Shown: positions 50,550 through 63,279 of the stretch, one piece after another
Position numbering within the stretch: the first letter of the stretch is position 1
Layout: each line of letters begins with the position of its first letter
DNA from: Phoronis australis
Lineage: Eukaryota > Animalia > Phoronida
Assembly (NCBI GenBank): GCA_002633005.1
Contig: NMRA01001046.1
Location: 1-64,000, forward strand
DNA: 64,000 bases
Direction of reading: 5' to 3'
The notes under the pieces: model-generated
Told to the model about the DNA's origin: nothing
Database searches by the model: none
What the model saw: only the letters and a program-made list of their open reading frames with translations
Translations under genes and position numbers: made by a program

Positions 50550-50900
50550 TTCAACGAGCAGACATCGTTGTCACTATCGTGGACACAGACGGCACTGCAA
50601 TCTACAACATTTCGAACCAGCAAAGTATGAAGAGCGCTCTGGTGACCGGGAAGAGATACAATGTTCAGTGTGAAGTCATCAGCGTTCTTCCAAGTGGTGT
50701 TGACATCGCATGGAATCCGATAAGTCAATCTCAACTGAACACAACACAGTCTGCTCTTCCCGGTGGTGCATATAGTTATTATTCTAACTTCAGCTTCACC
50801 GCTTCCAAAGATCACCACAAACGACAGTACACTTGCTCAGTCGCCCACAGCGTTGTGAGCGAGATTAATTCAACAAGACAATTTGAACTAGATGTTCACT
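50550..50900 (+). CDS. Giant IgSF gene: Ig exon 15 (type B)
   Basis: ttttgtcctag|...T|gtgagt, 351 nt; RYNVQC...VDIAW...FSFTASKDHHKRQYTCSVAH. Confidence 0.9.
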
Positions 50901-52900
50901 GTGAGTACAACACGCAATTTCTTTACCCTTAGACAGATACGGAAAATTACGCATTTTGGTGAATTACCACATTGTTTTGTTGGAAAAACAGCATTTTTTC
51001 CAAGACAAATTTACCTATTAAAGCGGCTATGACTGGGCGTCCTTTGGTATCTGAGAAACGGACTATAGTTACATGTAGGTGTAACGCTGACTAGGCTCCC
51101 ATTATCGCGCATCATGAATCGTTGTGGTCGGAAAATTCATGTTTTTATCGCCATTAACACAATGCGCACGAATGCTGACTGAGTTAATTGCAATTTTTAG
51201 TGAGCCTCTAAGTGCCCGTGCGCGGCTGACATATTTAACGGATTCTGCGGTGAAAGTCGGTCGTAGCACCATCCTTTACTACGAGAGCGTTTGGTCGCCC
51301 GAGGTAACTATCGAAGTTTCCTGTGAACTTCCTTCGTGCACCACCCTCTGGATAGAAACTTTTTTTCTTTCGAAATTTCATTCAGAAAGTCGGGAACTTG
51401 ATATATCTGACGTGTAATCATCGAAAACGCTCACAAAAACATAATTTAACGTTATTGAACACCTTTTTAGTTGAAAAATCTCTTAGCAATTTCAACTACC
51501 TTCATTTCCTTTGCCAAGCACTCGTATGTAGTGTATGCGTGCGTGCCTGCCTGCGTGCGTGTGTGCGTGTGAGTTTACATTTTTATGAGGAACAATGAGT
51601 GAACAGTGAAGAACACTACCCGGTGACCACAGAAATATTTACGTCTAGAACTCCACGTACAATAAATCAACAGGCCTGTTGTTCAGTAAATCTTCATGTT
51701 AGCCTGTCACCTTACCTTCAAGAAAACGAATACACTTTTCAATTTTTGCCATACACTGCATGTTGTAGGCATGGAATGATGCTATCTTTTAAAATGCAAA
51801 CATCTCAACCATGAATACTGCCACAAAACTGACTGGTCACTTACAGCTTCCTACCCTTTTCCAGTTTAGAGCCGTCAGTGTAACAAAGCAGATACTTATG
51901 CTTATTATTTCTGCTATTGGCCATTGTATGAGCCGCGGAATGGGCAAAGAACAGTTAAAAGCAAATTTAAACCTCATTCGAAAAATATGAGCCTCGGGAA
52001 TGGCAGAACATAGTTAATGGCTTGATTTTTACGAATTAGGATGTTATTTTTAAGATTTAGGTTTGATTTAATGTTAACTGATTAATGGCCTTTCCGCGCA
52101 CTTAGGTAGTTCCTGTTTCCACCGACATGTTTGATTGTTTGATATTCCGAACTCTAAAGATTTGATTTTTACGTGTTGGATTTGATTTTCCAAAACACGT
52201 TCGATTTTTAAGATTTAGGTNNNNNNNNNNNNNNNNNNCCCCCCCCCCCCCCATCCCCCCATACTTCCGTCAGCAATAACCGTAAATAAATCGTATGTAT
52301 GTTTAAAAAATGTGATCTGGTCATCACAAAGGGTGCTCGACAGTTGCCCAAGTTTGTCGTTTAGCTTATTACTCACGTTCCTGTGACTTCTGCGAGCAGC
52401 AAAATGAGGGATGAGAGTTTTCACCCACTTACGATTATATCTGAGACAAAGCGCTGGACAAGTGGCCCCGTGCGCTCTCAAGGTACATGTACACTAGTTG
52501 TAGACCATTTAGCATTTCTAGAGCTGCAGAAGGCCTTCTAAAAAGCAGAGGTGATGCACAAGCAGGCTAGACGTTGCAGCTGCTTATATGTGTTGGTAAC
52601 TGAACCCTTTGAGGGCAATAACTTAACGATAATAATTTGACCTCCAAAGATTTTCGCTATCATGTATGCATCACCAAAAATCCACGCCCAGTCCGTAGCC
52701 TCGCCTGGTGAATCTGCTTTAAACATTGACCAGTACATTTGTACATGTATGTGCGTACTAGGCCTATGCGCGTTTACTCGAAATAAGTTTTTATCAAAGA
52801 ACATTTTAGCACACATATGTACCATATACTGTAGGCTCAGACTGCGACCAAATCTTAAACTGGGTAATTACTTGTCCAGTATGTTGGTCTGACAGCAACT

Positions 52901-54381
52901 TTTTTACTTGGCGAAATAAATTTCGCCAAGTATGTTGCTCTTCCACTAAGTTTGTTTTTTTTTGTTTGTTCGCACGATACAGGTCGCAATTTTCGTCCGA
53001 TCATCACGAAATTCACACATAACACGTACTTCCGGAAGTACTGGAAGCCTATTGTTTTTCGTTAAAATCGGATCCAAGATGGCGGCTGTGGCGGCCATTT
53101 TTTTCCATTTAAAGGTTCAAATGCTTCTGGAGGCTACAATTTTTTACGTCAACGGCTAAGAATCGGCACAGTAAATGGACCGGAAGTTTGCTACAAGTAT
53201 GCCGGAAATTGTTTACTTCCGGTTAAAGATGGCGGAAATATTGGCGATCGCGCATGCGCACCTCGATTTTGGCCTAAAACGTTTTCTCCTGTAGAGGGCG
53301 CATTATCAGACCAATTCCTTCGAATTTTTACAGGTATTGGTTTCTTAGCAAAAGGTACCCGCTCATCCAAAACCTTTACGGCAAACAGATGGCGCTTCTC
53401 ATCATTTTATCGCTCAAGACTACCAGAGAATCTTAACCAAGCACCTTGACCTACATTCTGCTTTTACTGACTGTAGCCATCAGGTCACGAGAGTTCATGA
53501 ACCAGACAGTGTATGTCCTGATGAGTGGCGAATTTGTGTGGAAAAGAAATCTTTGTGTCCGACATTCCATGTTTAAAACCTCATTTGTAATAACTATTTA
53601 TAACATATAATTAAGATGAAAGTGTTAATAATCTACGCTGTTGTGGTTGCTCGGCCTAAACGCTGGGGTAAAATATATATTCAATGAACGTGACCATGGT
53701 GAGGCTACTAAACCGGGCCCGGCCACTTTTCCGCCTGGCGAGATTTTGGCAACTCAACAACCATAATTTTAATTAGGTTGAAATATAACCACTATATTTT
53801 TTAAATAATGCTTGAATTATACATGGTGATATGCATGTTAGGTTTTATTCTCTTGCGATATTTTCTTTTTCGTTCAGTGTCTCGTTATTCAACAACAGCC
53901 CAGCAGACCGGACTGGCCGTGGCACGGCACGGCAGCTGATGGTTCACCAAGTAGAAACGTCTGTAATATTTTATGTTCTATCAACACTAAGGCAAAAGAG
54001 AGTGGTTTCAACTGATATAGTATCGATTTAACGAACTGAACCATGCACTATGAACATGTTGGTGGCCATGATTAATAACAGCTGACAGTATAAACAAAGA
54101 GTGAAGCACTGAGCTCATCATGTCACGTTGTCACAACGGCGATGTGACGTCAGCAGCTGTAGAATGTAGGTCAAGGTGCTGGGTCAAGATTCAGTNTGAC
54201 CCAGCCAGCACTGTCCTACTGTAGACTGGACCGTCATGTTGCGCCATCTATTGTTCTTTCTTGTTATTGTAGTTGATTGTATGCTCTCTATTTGATTTCT
54301 TCGCTAGTCACATGAATGATATCGTGTTCGTCGTCTTTTCGATTAATCCCGCCAAGTGTCGCTCCTCCGAGCGCTCTCGTT
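52901..54381 (+). mobile_element. HINE/Helentron-like non-autonomous element
   Basis: 5' T-run and hairpin tacttggcgaaat-aa-atttcgccaagta, then a GTTT microsatellite; 3' subterminal repeat cgccaagt followed by stem-loop cgctc-ctcc-gagcg. Confidence 0.75.
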
Positions 54382-56441
54382 TGTGTTATTGTTTATTTCT
54401 CTTTTACTGTATGAGTAAATAGTAGTTTGACTACACGTCAACTACATGCGTATCACTCTGTCCGTAAGCCATTTGGCGTGCAATAACTTCACGTTTTCAA
54501 AAAATGACGTGAAATATTTGCTGTAGCAAATACACACTTATTAAAGGTAGAATCAATAACTTCACTTCTTAGATGTCCGTTCAGGTTTGCTTACGATGAA
54601 TACATGTATAACGCAGTAGGCTATACCCGCTCTTCGCTCCATGTGGGTCTCCTTCCGAATGGTGTCCAATGATGGACCAAAGGATTAGCCTTAAGTTATG
54701 AGTGATTGTTATCATTTATTACTTTTTGTCGGCAAAAAGGCTCCATCATAAATCATATTAACAGCGTGTCCCTACCGTAACAATGACAGGACCTGATTCC
54801 TGGGTGATAAAATTGATCGCTGTTAGAAACCAAACGTATGTTAGCCGGGTATCGAACCACCGATTCTTTCCAAGGCGAGATATGACCTTAAAATTACCTA
54901 CGGAGCACTTTATCAACACATCCCAGAATGTATGCGGTCTAAATTAAAAGTTAGACTTGTGAGGCATATCGCTTCAGAGATAGTGTACACAAATATTTTT
55001 GTAAATTTCTTATCGCGTATGTTGTATTTATTATAGTATTTATTATTATATTTGTGTATATTATGATAGTGAATTAATAATAAAAGCATTTCCGCTATAT
55101 TTTAATTTAAACGGATACTAACACAAGATTGTTCATTCGAAACGTAAACCCAAATAGTGAGCCTTCAGCGCAATAACAAATAGCTTCAAGCTTAAAAAAT
55201 GATACTAATTTTGTAGCTTATTTTTATTTTTGTTGCTGCAAAACTACCCAAAACGGCCGTCGTAGGGAATAACAGCTAATCCGTGCATTCTTGGTCCGCA
55301 CTCAACAACCGCCACTTGCGATGGGTTTCCGCGGAAAGCACTCCCACTAAAAAATAGTGTACAAATTAAAAGAAAAATAAAGCAAAAACTAACATGACTG
55401 AAAAATAACGTATGGTTATATTTTAGTGATATCCTTCCACTTACAAAACTTACATGTATGTTGTTTCCAATATTGTGAAAAAGTATCATTAAGTGTCACG
55501 TTTTACCGCCTAGATGCGTGGTTGAGTTGTCAATGGCTTCCAGTGCGATAATAGACTAAAGACTGGCCCTACATGTAATTCCTCACGTTATTACTCTTAA
55601 CCTTTTGTTCACGCGTGTACTCAGACAAAAGTTTCAACGTTATCTCTAGCCAGTGCTTCGAAGACTCGGCGTGAGATGAGACACTCGTCCACCGACTGTT
55701 GCACTTGTTGATCCAATAACCTTCTGTCTCGGTGAGAAAATGTTCAGCATGACGTCATTTTGACGTCATTTTGACGTTTTGGACCAGTGTGACGACATGT
55801 TTTTTTATTTCCGGGTCCAAACTGTGTCATCTACTGCCATGACACGTCATCCGTGAACACCCGAATAGCTGGTTCTCTGTCGATTAATACTGTAATTCTG
55901 TGACAGCAACTCAGCTGTAACTGTGTCTGTATTTCAAGGCCTAATTCTAAATCTACAGACTGTCCCTAACCCGTATTTACATTCTAGAACTTTTCACCTA
56001 TTCAAGTATATTCTAGAACATTCTAGAATATGCCCAGTCATTCTATCAACATTAAGTGGGCTCAAACTGTTCCATAATACAGTTCTACATTAACCTCCAA
56101 TATATTGGATTCTCCTTGAATTAACATTCTCTGGTAATCCATTGTAATCACCACTGTTCAGATCTAATGGGTCATGCCAATCAAGTGCTACATATACATG
56201 TACTGGTGTAGTAAGCTAATAGAACAGTCTTTTAAATGTGATTTGAATAAACCCATTGCGTGGTACCCCTGACATTAATTAATACATGGATGGACACGTC
56301 GTAGAAAATCTTGAATATACACTGTGTACATGTAGTTTATTCAAGCAATGCAAACAGTTCTATTAAATTGTAATGTAGCTTTGTAGTTGTGTGAGAATCT
56401 AAACAAAAAAAAAAACGCTGACGACAACTTATTTCTTTCAG

Positions 56442-56777
56442 ACGGTCCGGATAGCTTAAATATCAGTGTGAGCAACGGAACTCTTGACTGGTCAAATAAT
56501 CAGCTGTCTGTGCGCTACATGAAGAACTATACAATCTTCTGTCAGACCGAACTCTATCCATCCGCGAGTGTGTTGCTGAGAATTATTTTAAGTGACCTTA
56601 CAGAAATTGAGACAGATGATGCAGTCGTCTTGACTTCGTCAAGTTATGGAAAAATCATCGTTGCCAATGTCACATTTCAAGCCACTTTTGCATCTCACAA
56701 TAGTAAAGTTACCTGTACAATAACGAATCGTGCCACCAGAGCGTCCAGTTCGCAAGAAATCAAGATATTGATGTCTG
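56442..56777 (+). CDS. Giant IgSF gene: Ig exon 16 (type A, short; GC donor)
   Basis: tttctttcag|...G|gcaagt, 336 nt; GPDSL...NYTIFCQTELYP...FQATFASHNSKVTC. Confidence 0.85.
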
Positions 56778-57659
56778 GCAAGTACATGTAGATCATGGGT
56801 GTGCTTCATCGCTTTCACTGAACACTCTACATGTTTAAAGAAGTTATTCAAGTAGTGGTGAGACTATGAGTACCTAGCCCTTCTGCGTCACGAGGCTCAA
56901 TGTACGACGTTTATTTCACTGTTTCCTAAATAGTAGCTTACTGTAAAAGCGTGTTCACTTGTTCAGCAGCTGATGTGAAACTTCATCAACTTCACATACA
57001 TTTGCACAACACTTCAACATGCTGCCTTTATCCAGTTACCAAGGTACAGTAGAACCCCAGAAAAAATTCCTAAAATTGACGAAATTTGGAGCATCTGAAA
57101 ACGACTGGCTTTATTCAGATGAAACGTTTGGATATCATACTTTATCCCTGTCTTATTGTGGTTACATGTACGTCAGACACATGACCAAATACTAAGTCTT
57201 TTAGTTATGTAACGGACTGACAGATCGATTCACTGGGAAATTGGAAACTTGGCTTGCGAGAGATTTGAACTTGAGTCTCAGAACTTGCAAGCGCACTAAG
57301 ACTAGGCAGGCGCACTACAAGCAGAATTGATAAAAGTGTATATAATCAAGATTTGCCCAAGAATACTCAATGTCTGAGACATACTACTTTAATATAATAT
57401 TATCAACGTAAAAAGAAAACTTTCAAAGCTTTATTTATCGATGTAGGCGAAATAATTAAACTTAAAGAACAGTACGCATCGAAGCTGAATAACTAAAAAG
57501 TTACATGTAACGAATGCCAAACACAAAATTATGGAAAACATTATAAGTTTGACAGAGCAAATGACAAAAAATCTTATACTTTTGTTGTCGTCAGTGTTGA
57601 CCTGATGACCTATGACGCCTTCGAAGTAGTTTCAAAAGCATCGACATGGAGGAACTGAA

Positions 57660-57722
57660 AGTTTTTAACAGACTGGAGGTTTTTAACAGACTAAGGGTTT
57701 CTAACAGACGGAAGGTTTTATA
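57660..57722. repeat. 18-bp mini tandem repeat, ~3.5 copies
   Basis: ggtttttaacagact(gga/aag) units. Confidence 0.7.
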
Positions 57723-59083
57723 TAAATGACAGAAAAGTGAGGAGTAAGTAGGTTATTCAATGGTTCCCGGGTTATTAAACGTATTATGAGGAAGAGAGTG
57801 TTTTTTTAAAAAATATAATTTGAGGGTTAAGCCCTTAATTGATATTTAAAAAAAATTCTTCGAGATACGTTGAATAACGCCACAGCCATCCCAAAAGCTA
57901 TATTTATGCACTATTTCCAATATAGAAATTTTGTAATTTCAGTGAAGACAATCAAAATATAAGTTTAACAAAAATGGAAATGGCAATATAAAACGCTGCA
58001 ACATCATTTTTGATAATTCTGAGCATTTATAAAAAACGAAATTGACAATGTTATAGAAGCCACGTTATTGCTATTAATGTAACTTTCTGCTAACTTTAAT
58101 TACATATACATGGATGCGTCGTCATGTGACCTGTTTTGATTCTAAGGGATATCTGACTATTTTTGAAAATATACTCATTTACTGAGTTGAAAGTGAATGC
58201 TTTTGTGGATATTTGGCTAAGTTCACAAACTACAGGTTCTATATAACCTTAATATTGTCACGGCGTGTGATAGTTTAGACTAATGTTGCATCTTGCAGTC
58301 GTCTAAATATCTTCCGGAACCCATCAGGGCATGCGCAAATATAAATTCGATATTCTGCTGTTGGTACTAATGTGTTCTGAACATCCGAATAGGCTGAAGG
58401 AAGAAAGTCGCTTTGTGTGACCCGAACTCAGTAATTTCTACGAAAATGTATGTTGTGGCAGGAATTGTCGTATACGACACATGTTGTCACCGATAATACA
58501 TACATGTAACCCAATAAGACAAACGTGCTTCACTTACGAATTGTAGTGACATTCAAGACCCTTAATGATGTTGGCGTTTTTGTAACTTGCATAACGCTAA
58601 ATCGTCGTGAGAGACCGTCCGGAGTTGGTATATGGTGCAACTCCGGACGGCCTGGGGTGAACAGAAAACCACAGTTCAACTGTGAGTCTACACCAATGTG
58701 ACAAATGAGAGTAGTTCTACTTGCTACGTAAGCTGCGGGTATGCTTATCTCTTTTATGACACACAATGTGTGACTGGGCAAACGTTTTCAAAATAAAGTG
58801 GATAAATCAGCGGAGTGTGAGACCCATGAAGTCCCTGTCAAGTCCTCACATCAATTCTACGTTGTGTGTGTCATGGAAGTCTCTGAGTACCGCCTGGGTA
58901 ACGTATGTATTGATGCATCCCAGCTACGTTGTTTTTAAGCATCCTTGTATCTTTCCATCGTCTAACCATGTAAACGGCATCTTGCGAAGGTGAAGTTCAT
59001 CTACGTTAATTAACATTTCATTATATATCAGAACCGGGTGGGTTGAAACGGAATTTTTTAAGCTATCGCTATTTTAATTGCAG

Positions 59084-59437
59084 AAAAAATGCCGGATTTA
59101 AGTGTAATCGTCCAGTCCGTCGCGACAGGAATCATTCACTATAACCATTCTTCGGAGACCTTGAAACACTATGAAGACCTAACGGAAGGCGTGTCATATT
59201 ATGTCGAATGCAAGACCGTCGGGACATTGCCAAATATTCAATTAAAGTGGACCAGACCGACATTTAGCAATCAAGAGGTCAGCAACGATACGCGTTCAGG
59301 TCAAATGTACACCAGCATTCGTTCGTTCACGTTCATTGCCAAAGACATTCACCACCAACAATTTATTGGATGTCAAACAAAACAGATGAACTTGGAATAC
59401 CTGCAACAGGAGGCTGTCTTTAAAATTCATGCCCTGT
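59084..59437 (+). CDS. Giant IgSF gene: Ig exon 17 (type B)
   Basis: ttaattgcag|...T|gtaagt, 354 nt; SYYVEC...IQLKW...FTFIAKDIHHQQFIGC. Confidence 0.9.
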
Positions 59438-59793
59438 GTAAGTATCACACTACATGCACCAACGTACACAATATTTTGAGCAGTTGGAGGCGAAGCCACC
59501 TACTTGAAATCTAATTTGCAAAGTCTGCTTCTATACCATGAAGGAAACTTGTGATTGTGTGAGAAATGTGTGATGGCTGTCGCCGTTGACGGATTAGATG
59601 AAAATAGAGGGAGGGAAGAGCGTAGAATTTTGAAGAAAAAAATACTCAAACGTACACTTCCGTAACTCACACACTTAATGCTACAACAATAATAATATAA
59701 ATATATAATGATATAAGTCGGCGTGTTATAAACACGATATAGTTATTGATTCTGTCACATGGTTTAACCTGAACAAGGCTGCCAAGCCCGGTG

Positions 59794-59866
59794 GTCCCGA
59801 TAGCTTAAAGGTTCAAAGCTCCAGCACAGTTAACAGAAGTTCCGGCATTGGGCCCTGGTCGGGACA
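59794..59866 (+). pseudogene. Degenerate tRNA-like sequence (tRNA pseudogene or SINE head), 73 nt
   Basis: Perfect 7-bp acceptor stem gtcccga/tcgggac plus discriminator a, and D-stem gctt/aagc; the anticodon arm and T-loop (no GTTC) are decayed. Confidence 0.5.
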
Positions 59867-60625
59867 GAGACTTTTTCAGACTGACCTGTAGGTCAACACT
59901 GTTTAGTTTGTAAGAACACGAGGAATTCTTGCCTGCGCCATTTCAAAACGCTATTTTATAACAGTGCAGTTGCAGGTTTCATTTTAGAAACGCGTGGGTA
60001 TTGGTGTATTGACCCAAACCGCCTCAACTATATGGACCGATCTGGAGAACCTACGGATGTATGGGTCATTTTTTCCCTTTCGCCTCCAATTTTAAAGGGC
60101 TTTTTGGCACAATTTACACGTAAGCTAGCACAGTGCGTCAACGATATTCCGTGTGTGATAAACGTGTATATGCACTCACAAGTTATGGTAAGATGTTTCT
60201 TGTTAAGTTTGGCTGGGCTTGTGTCAGTTGTACAAACATATCCCCATCGACCTTCAGTGACACTGTTCACAAACTCGTTCAGAGCAAAAGTTTTACAAAA
60301 ACAATCGACGCGTTATTTGGAATGTCCACGAGTCTCGTGGAATCCTATCGAATCCATATCTGAATAGTCCCTTTCACTTAAAAAACTGTATTAAAACGAA
60401 TGTATGGTTTCAATTGCAACTTACGCGGCTGCTTCAATAATGTTTAATGATTTGTGAAAAGCTGGAAAATCATATTTTTTGCACTAAGAAAATGTCTACA
60501 AATACGCCAATTGACTTTGACAGTTCTTTATAGGCACTTGTTCATTGTCACAAATAGCGACACACAGTCATCGCAAGACTCGCTGACGCCGTCGATATGT
60601 GTCTTCGATTCACATGTTTTAACAT

Positions 60626-60685
60626 GACTTAATCATACTAAGAGATGGCGTCTTAAAAGACGCCATCTCTTAGTATGATAAAGTC
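60626..60685. repeat. Near-perfect inverted repeat (23-bp perfect stem, 2-nt loop)
   Basis: atcatactaagagatggcgtctt-aa-aagacgccatctcttagtatgat, extended by gactt/aagtc. Confidence 0.9.
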
Positions 60686-61404
60686 AGTGGAGATATAGAA
60701 CACGAAGTGGTATAAGTTCAAACAGAAAACGGTAAAAAAACGAAATCAATTCTGGCAAAACATACCCTTAAAAATTCAACGTTTAGGTTATTGTTGCTCA
60801 AAAAAACGACGTGGAATGGAGGTGAAGTAGGAAAAAACAGGAGACAATTGTGCCAAGAGTTTGGGAACGTAAATGTAGTGCGTTCACTATCGAATTTGTT
60901 TTGTGAACCTATCAGTAGCGGCCTAAGCTACTATTTTGAATGACATTGACAAGGTGCGTTTTGTGTTTGAATTTCTAAGAATACCCTGATACTTGGGATT
61001 TAGGCTGTCGGCTAGTCCCGCCTTTGTCTTAAGAGCGCTTAACCTAAAATGCACACCCAGGGGGCGAAGCTCAGGGAGCTCGAATAAGCCCCCCATGTGG
61101 CGAAGCGGGCAAGAAGGTTCGCCCCTTAGAGACAAAATGTCCGAGAAAATGGGACAAATGTCTACTTAATGAGCACAAACGCGCAATCCACGGTGGTGCT
61201 CCAGTTTTTGTTTTGTTTTTTTTTTTAGTCCGCATGCTCCATTAACCTGAGAAATACGAGCCCCCCTAAATTGGAGGCTTGGGTGCGCGCATGCATTTTT
61301 AGCGAAATCCAAATCTGTTGAAAATAGAGATAAGTGTAAGACAATACAAGCACCTCTATTTGTTCTTTTGAACTGTCACATGACTTCACTTTGGTTTGCC
61401 ACAG

Positions 61405-61776
61405 ATGGACCTTCAACAACTGAAATACGTGTGAACTCAACGACAGGGACCAGCCTTGGCTACGGCCTGGAGTACGGGCGAGTGTATGTAGCGAGTTGCA
61501 AGAGCTCGAGCGTCAGTCGAACAGCAAACGTTTCCTTTGGATTCGAAACTGCCCCATCAAAAATAGCTACTGATGCATCAGAGTTGGCAGTTTTCGGTGA
61601 AGCAGCTCTTCTGCTACAGACTAATGAGTCTGGAACCAACAACGGATTGAAGTTTTTATCAAAGATAACGTTTACTGCGGACGCCAGCGTCCATAAGCGA
61701 ACGCTTCGATGTTTTGCCGAGAATAACATTATATCTCGTTTCAACGCGTCTTCAAGCGTCGTGGTTTATATTGACA
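61405..61776 (+). CDS. Giant IgSF gene: Ig exon 18 (type A)
   Basis: tttgccacag|...A|gtaggt, 372 nt; GPSTT...YVASC...VSFGF...SELAVFGEAAL...FTADASVHKRTLRC. Confidence 0.88.
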
Positions 61777-62579
61777 GTAGGTGACCCAATGTTTTGTTTC
61801 CAACCTTATCGTTGTCTTATATCACTAAACAACGTTTTGTTGAGATCCCGATCAAAGTTATTGAAATTTGAATCTCATGGTACATGTACGTAGGATCGGT
61901 TACATGTCCTTAAGACCTCGGGCCGGTGTTGGATGCATTACTCAATTTCTCGTTAAAGTGAGTCTAAACCTACCATTTATTACAGTGTACATGTTTTATT
62001 GTCTAGGTAATTCAGAGTGATGATATCGACCTCAATTTGTTGTTTGATAAAAATCCACGTGGTTCCGGGGATTACAAACGGCTTAGAGTTCGCTTCTGCA
62101 TGAGATTTACTGTACCTCTTCACGTTGACTTGCTGTGGAGCGTTACTTTAAACTCCTATCTTGTCTTCAAGCCAGTTCTATGCAAGACTAAAACCCTTTC
62201 TCATATTAATAAGGGAAACGTTGAGACCAATTTAATTGCGCTAACTGGCATTACTCAAATCTAAACATTCTACGGAACGTGGGTTTAAAATTCTACGTCT
62301 CATCATAGAATAAACACAGCAGATTGGCTTCTAGTTTTCTGTCCAGTATAACAAAAAATATAATTTCGGCATTAGCCTTTGGTATTTCCATAGATAATGA
62401 ATCTAGAAATTTTTAGCAGCGCCGGCGTGCATTCAAGCTTGAATGAAACGCTCTGTGTACTACGTAAACTGTTCTTGGAGAGCAAGATAGATTCTGAGTA
62501 GCCCTGGTGGTAATTTCTGGAGTATTAATTTGACCTTTTTTAAGACATTAACGTTTTACGAGCGTGCAATTTATTTAAA

Positions 62580-62777
62580 CACGGATGTGACTTCCGCAAA
62601 ATCGCCAATCTAACTTCCGACAAAAATGACCATGATTAGCAGACGACGTACTAACCGGAAATAAAACGTGCTATGTCTGCCAGGTGTCGCTAGTGAACCG
62701 TGACGTCACAGCTTAGGCCTACAAATTTCGTCCATTGAAAATTTACGCAGTTGGCGGTCCATGTACTATAGTCTATT
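62580..62777 (-). mobile_element. P-like MITE, partial copy in reverse orientation
   Basis: gcagacgacgtact...caggtgtcgctagtgaa...cagttggcggtccatgtactatagtcta is the reverse complement of the 5' part of the 15865 and 23242 copies. Confidence 0.7.
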
Positions 62778-63279
62778 CTCTCGTTAAAACCGTCAGTGAT
62801 TACTGAAACTTGTAGCAAGCGCCACCTTGTGACTTCCTGGCGAACTCTGTGTACAGGTACATGTATAACCAGTATTAGAAAAAAAATGTAACTAAATCGC
62901 TGTTTAAAGAAAACACCTCCACTGATATACATGTACAGAAAAAAGAAGTGTGATCGTATAGAAAACCCTAGTAATTCCAAATATTACACAATCATTATTA
63001 ATAGTCAAATGCACTACATGCAGTAATAAAAACAGTGCCTTGTTTCATAAGGGTAACAATGACAAATTACCATAATCAGTCACATAAGAATAGTCTCGCA
63101 AAACGTGACTTCTGCGATATTGTGAAGGCAATTGGTTCTCGGAAGACCCTGGGTTATTTGTAAACTATACCTTCTTTTGCATATTCACAATTTAATGATG
63201 TATAGCATCTTTAAAAACGCTTTACCCACCTCTGTAACACAAATGCAAACCTCATCCGATCTTGTAATTATATCCTCAG

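Noticed and set aside
52221-52260. Poly-C tract next to an N run as a possible G-quadruplex element
   Set aside because: Borders an assembly gap, so the sequence is unreliable.
57095-57130. Second hammerhead-like motif (ctgaaaacgactg...cagatgaaacg)
   Set aside because: The core and stem II are too degenerate and no supporting stem I/III was found.
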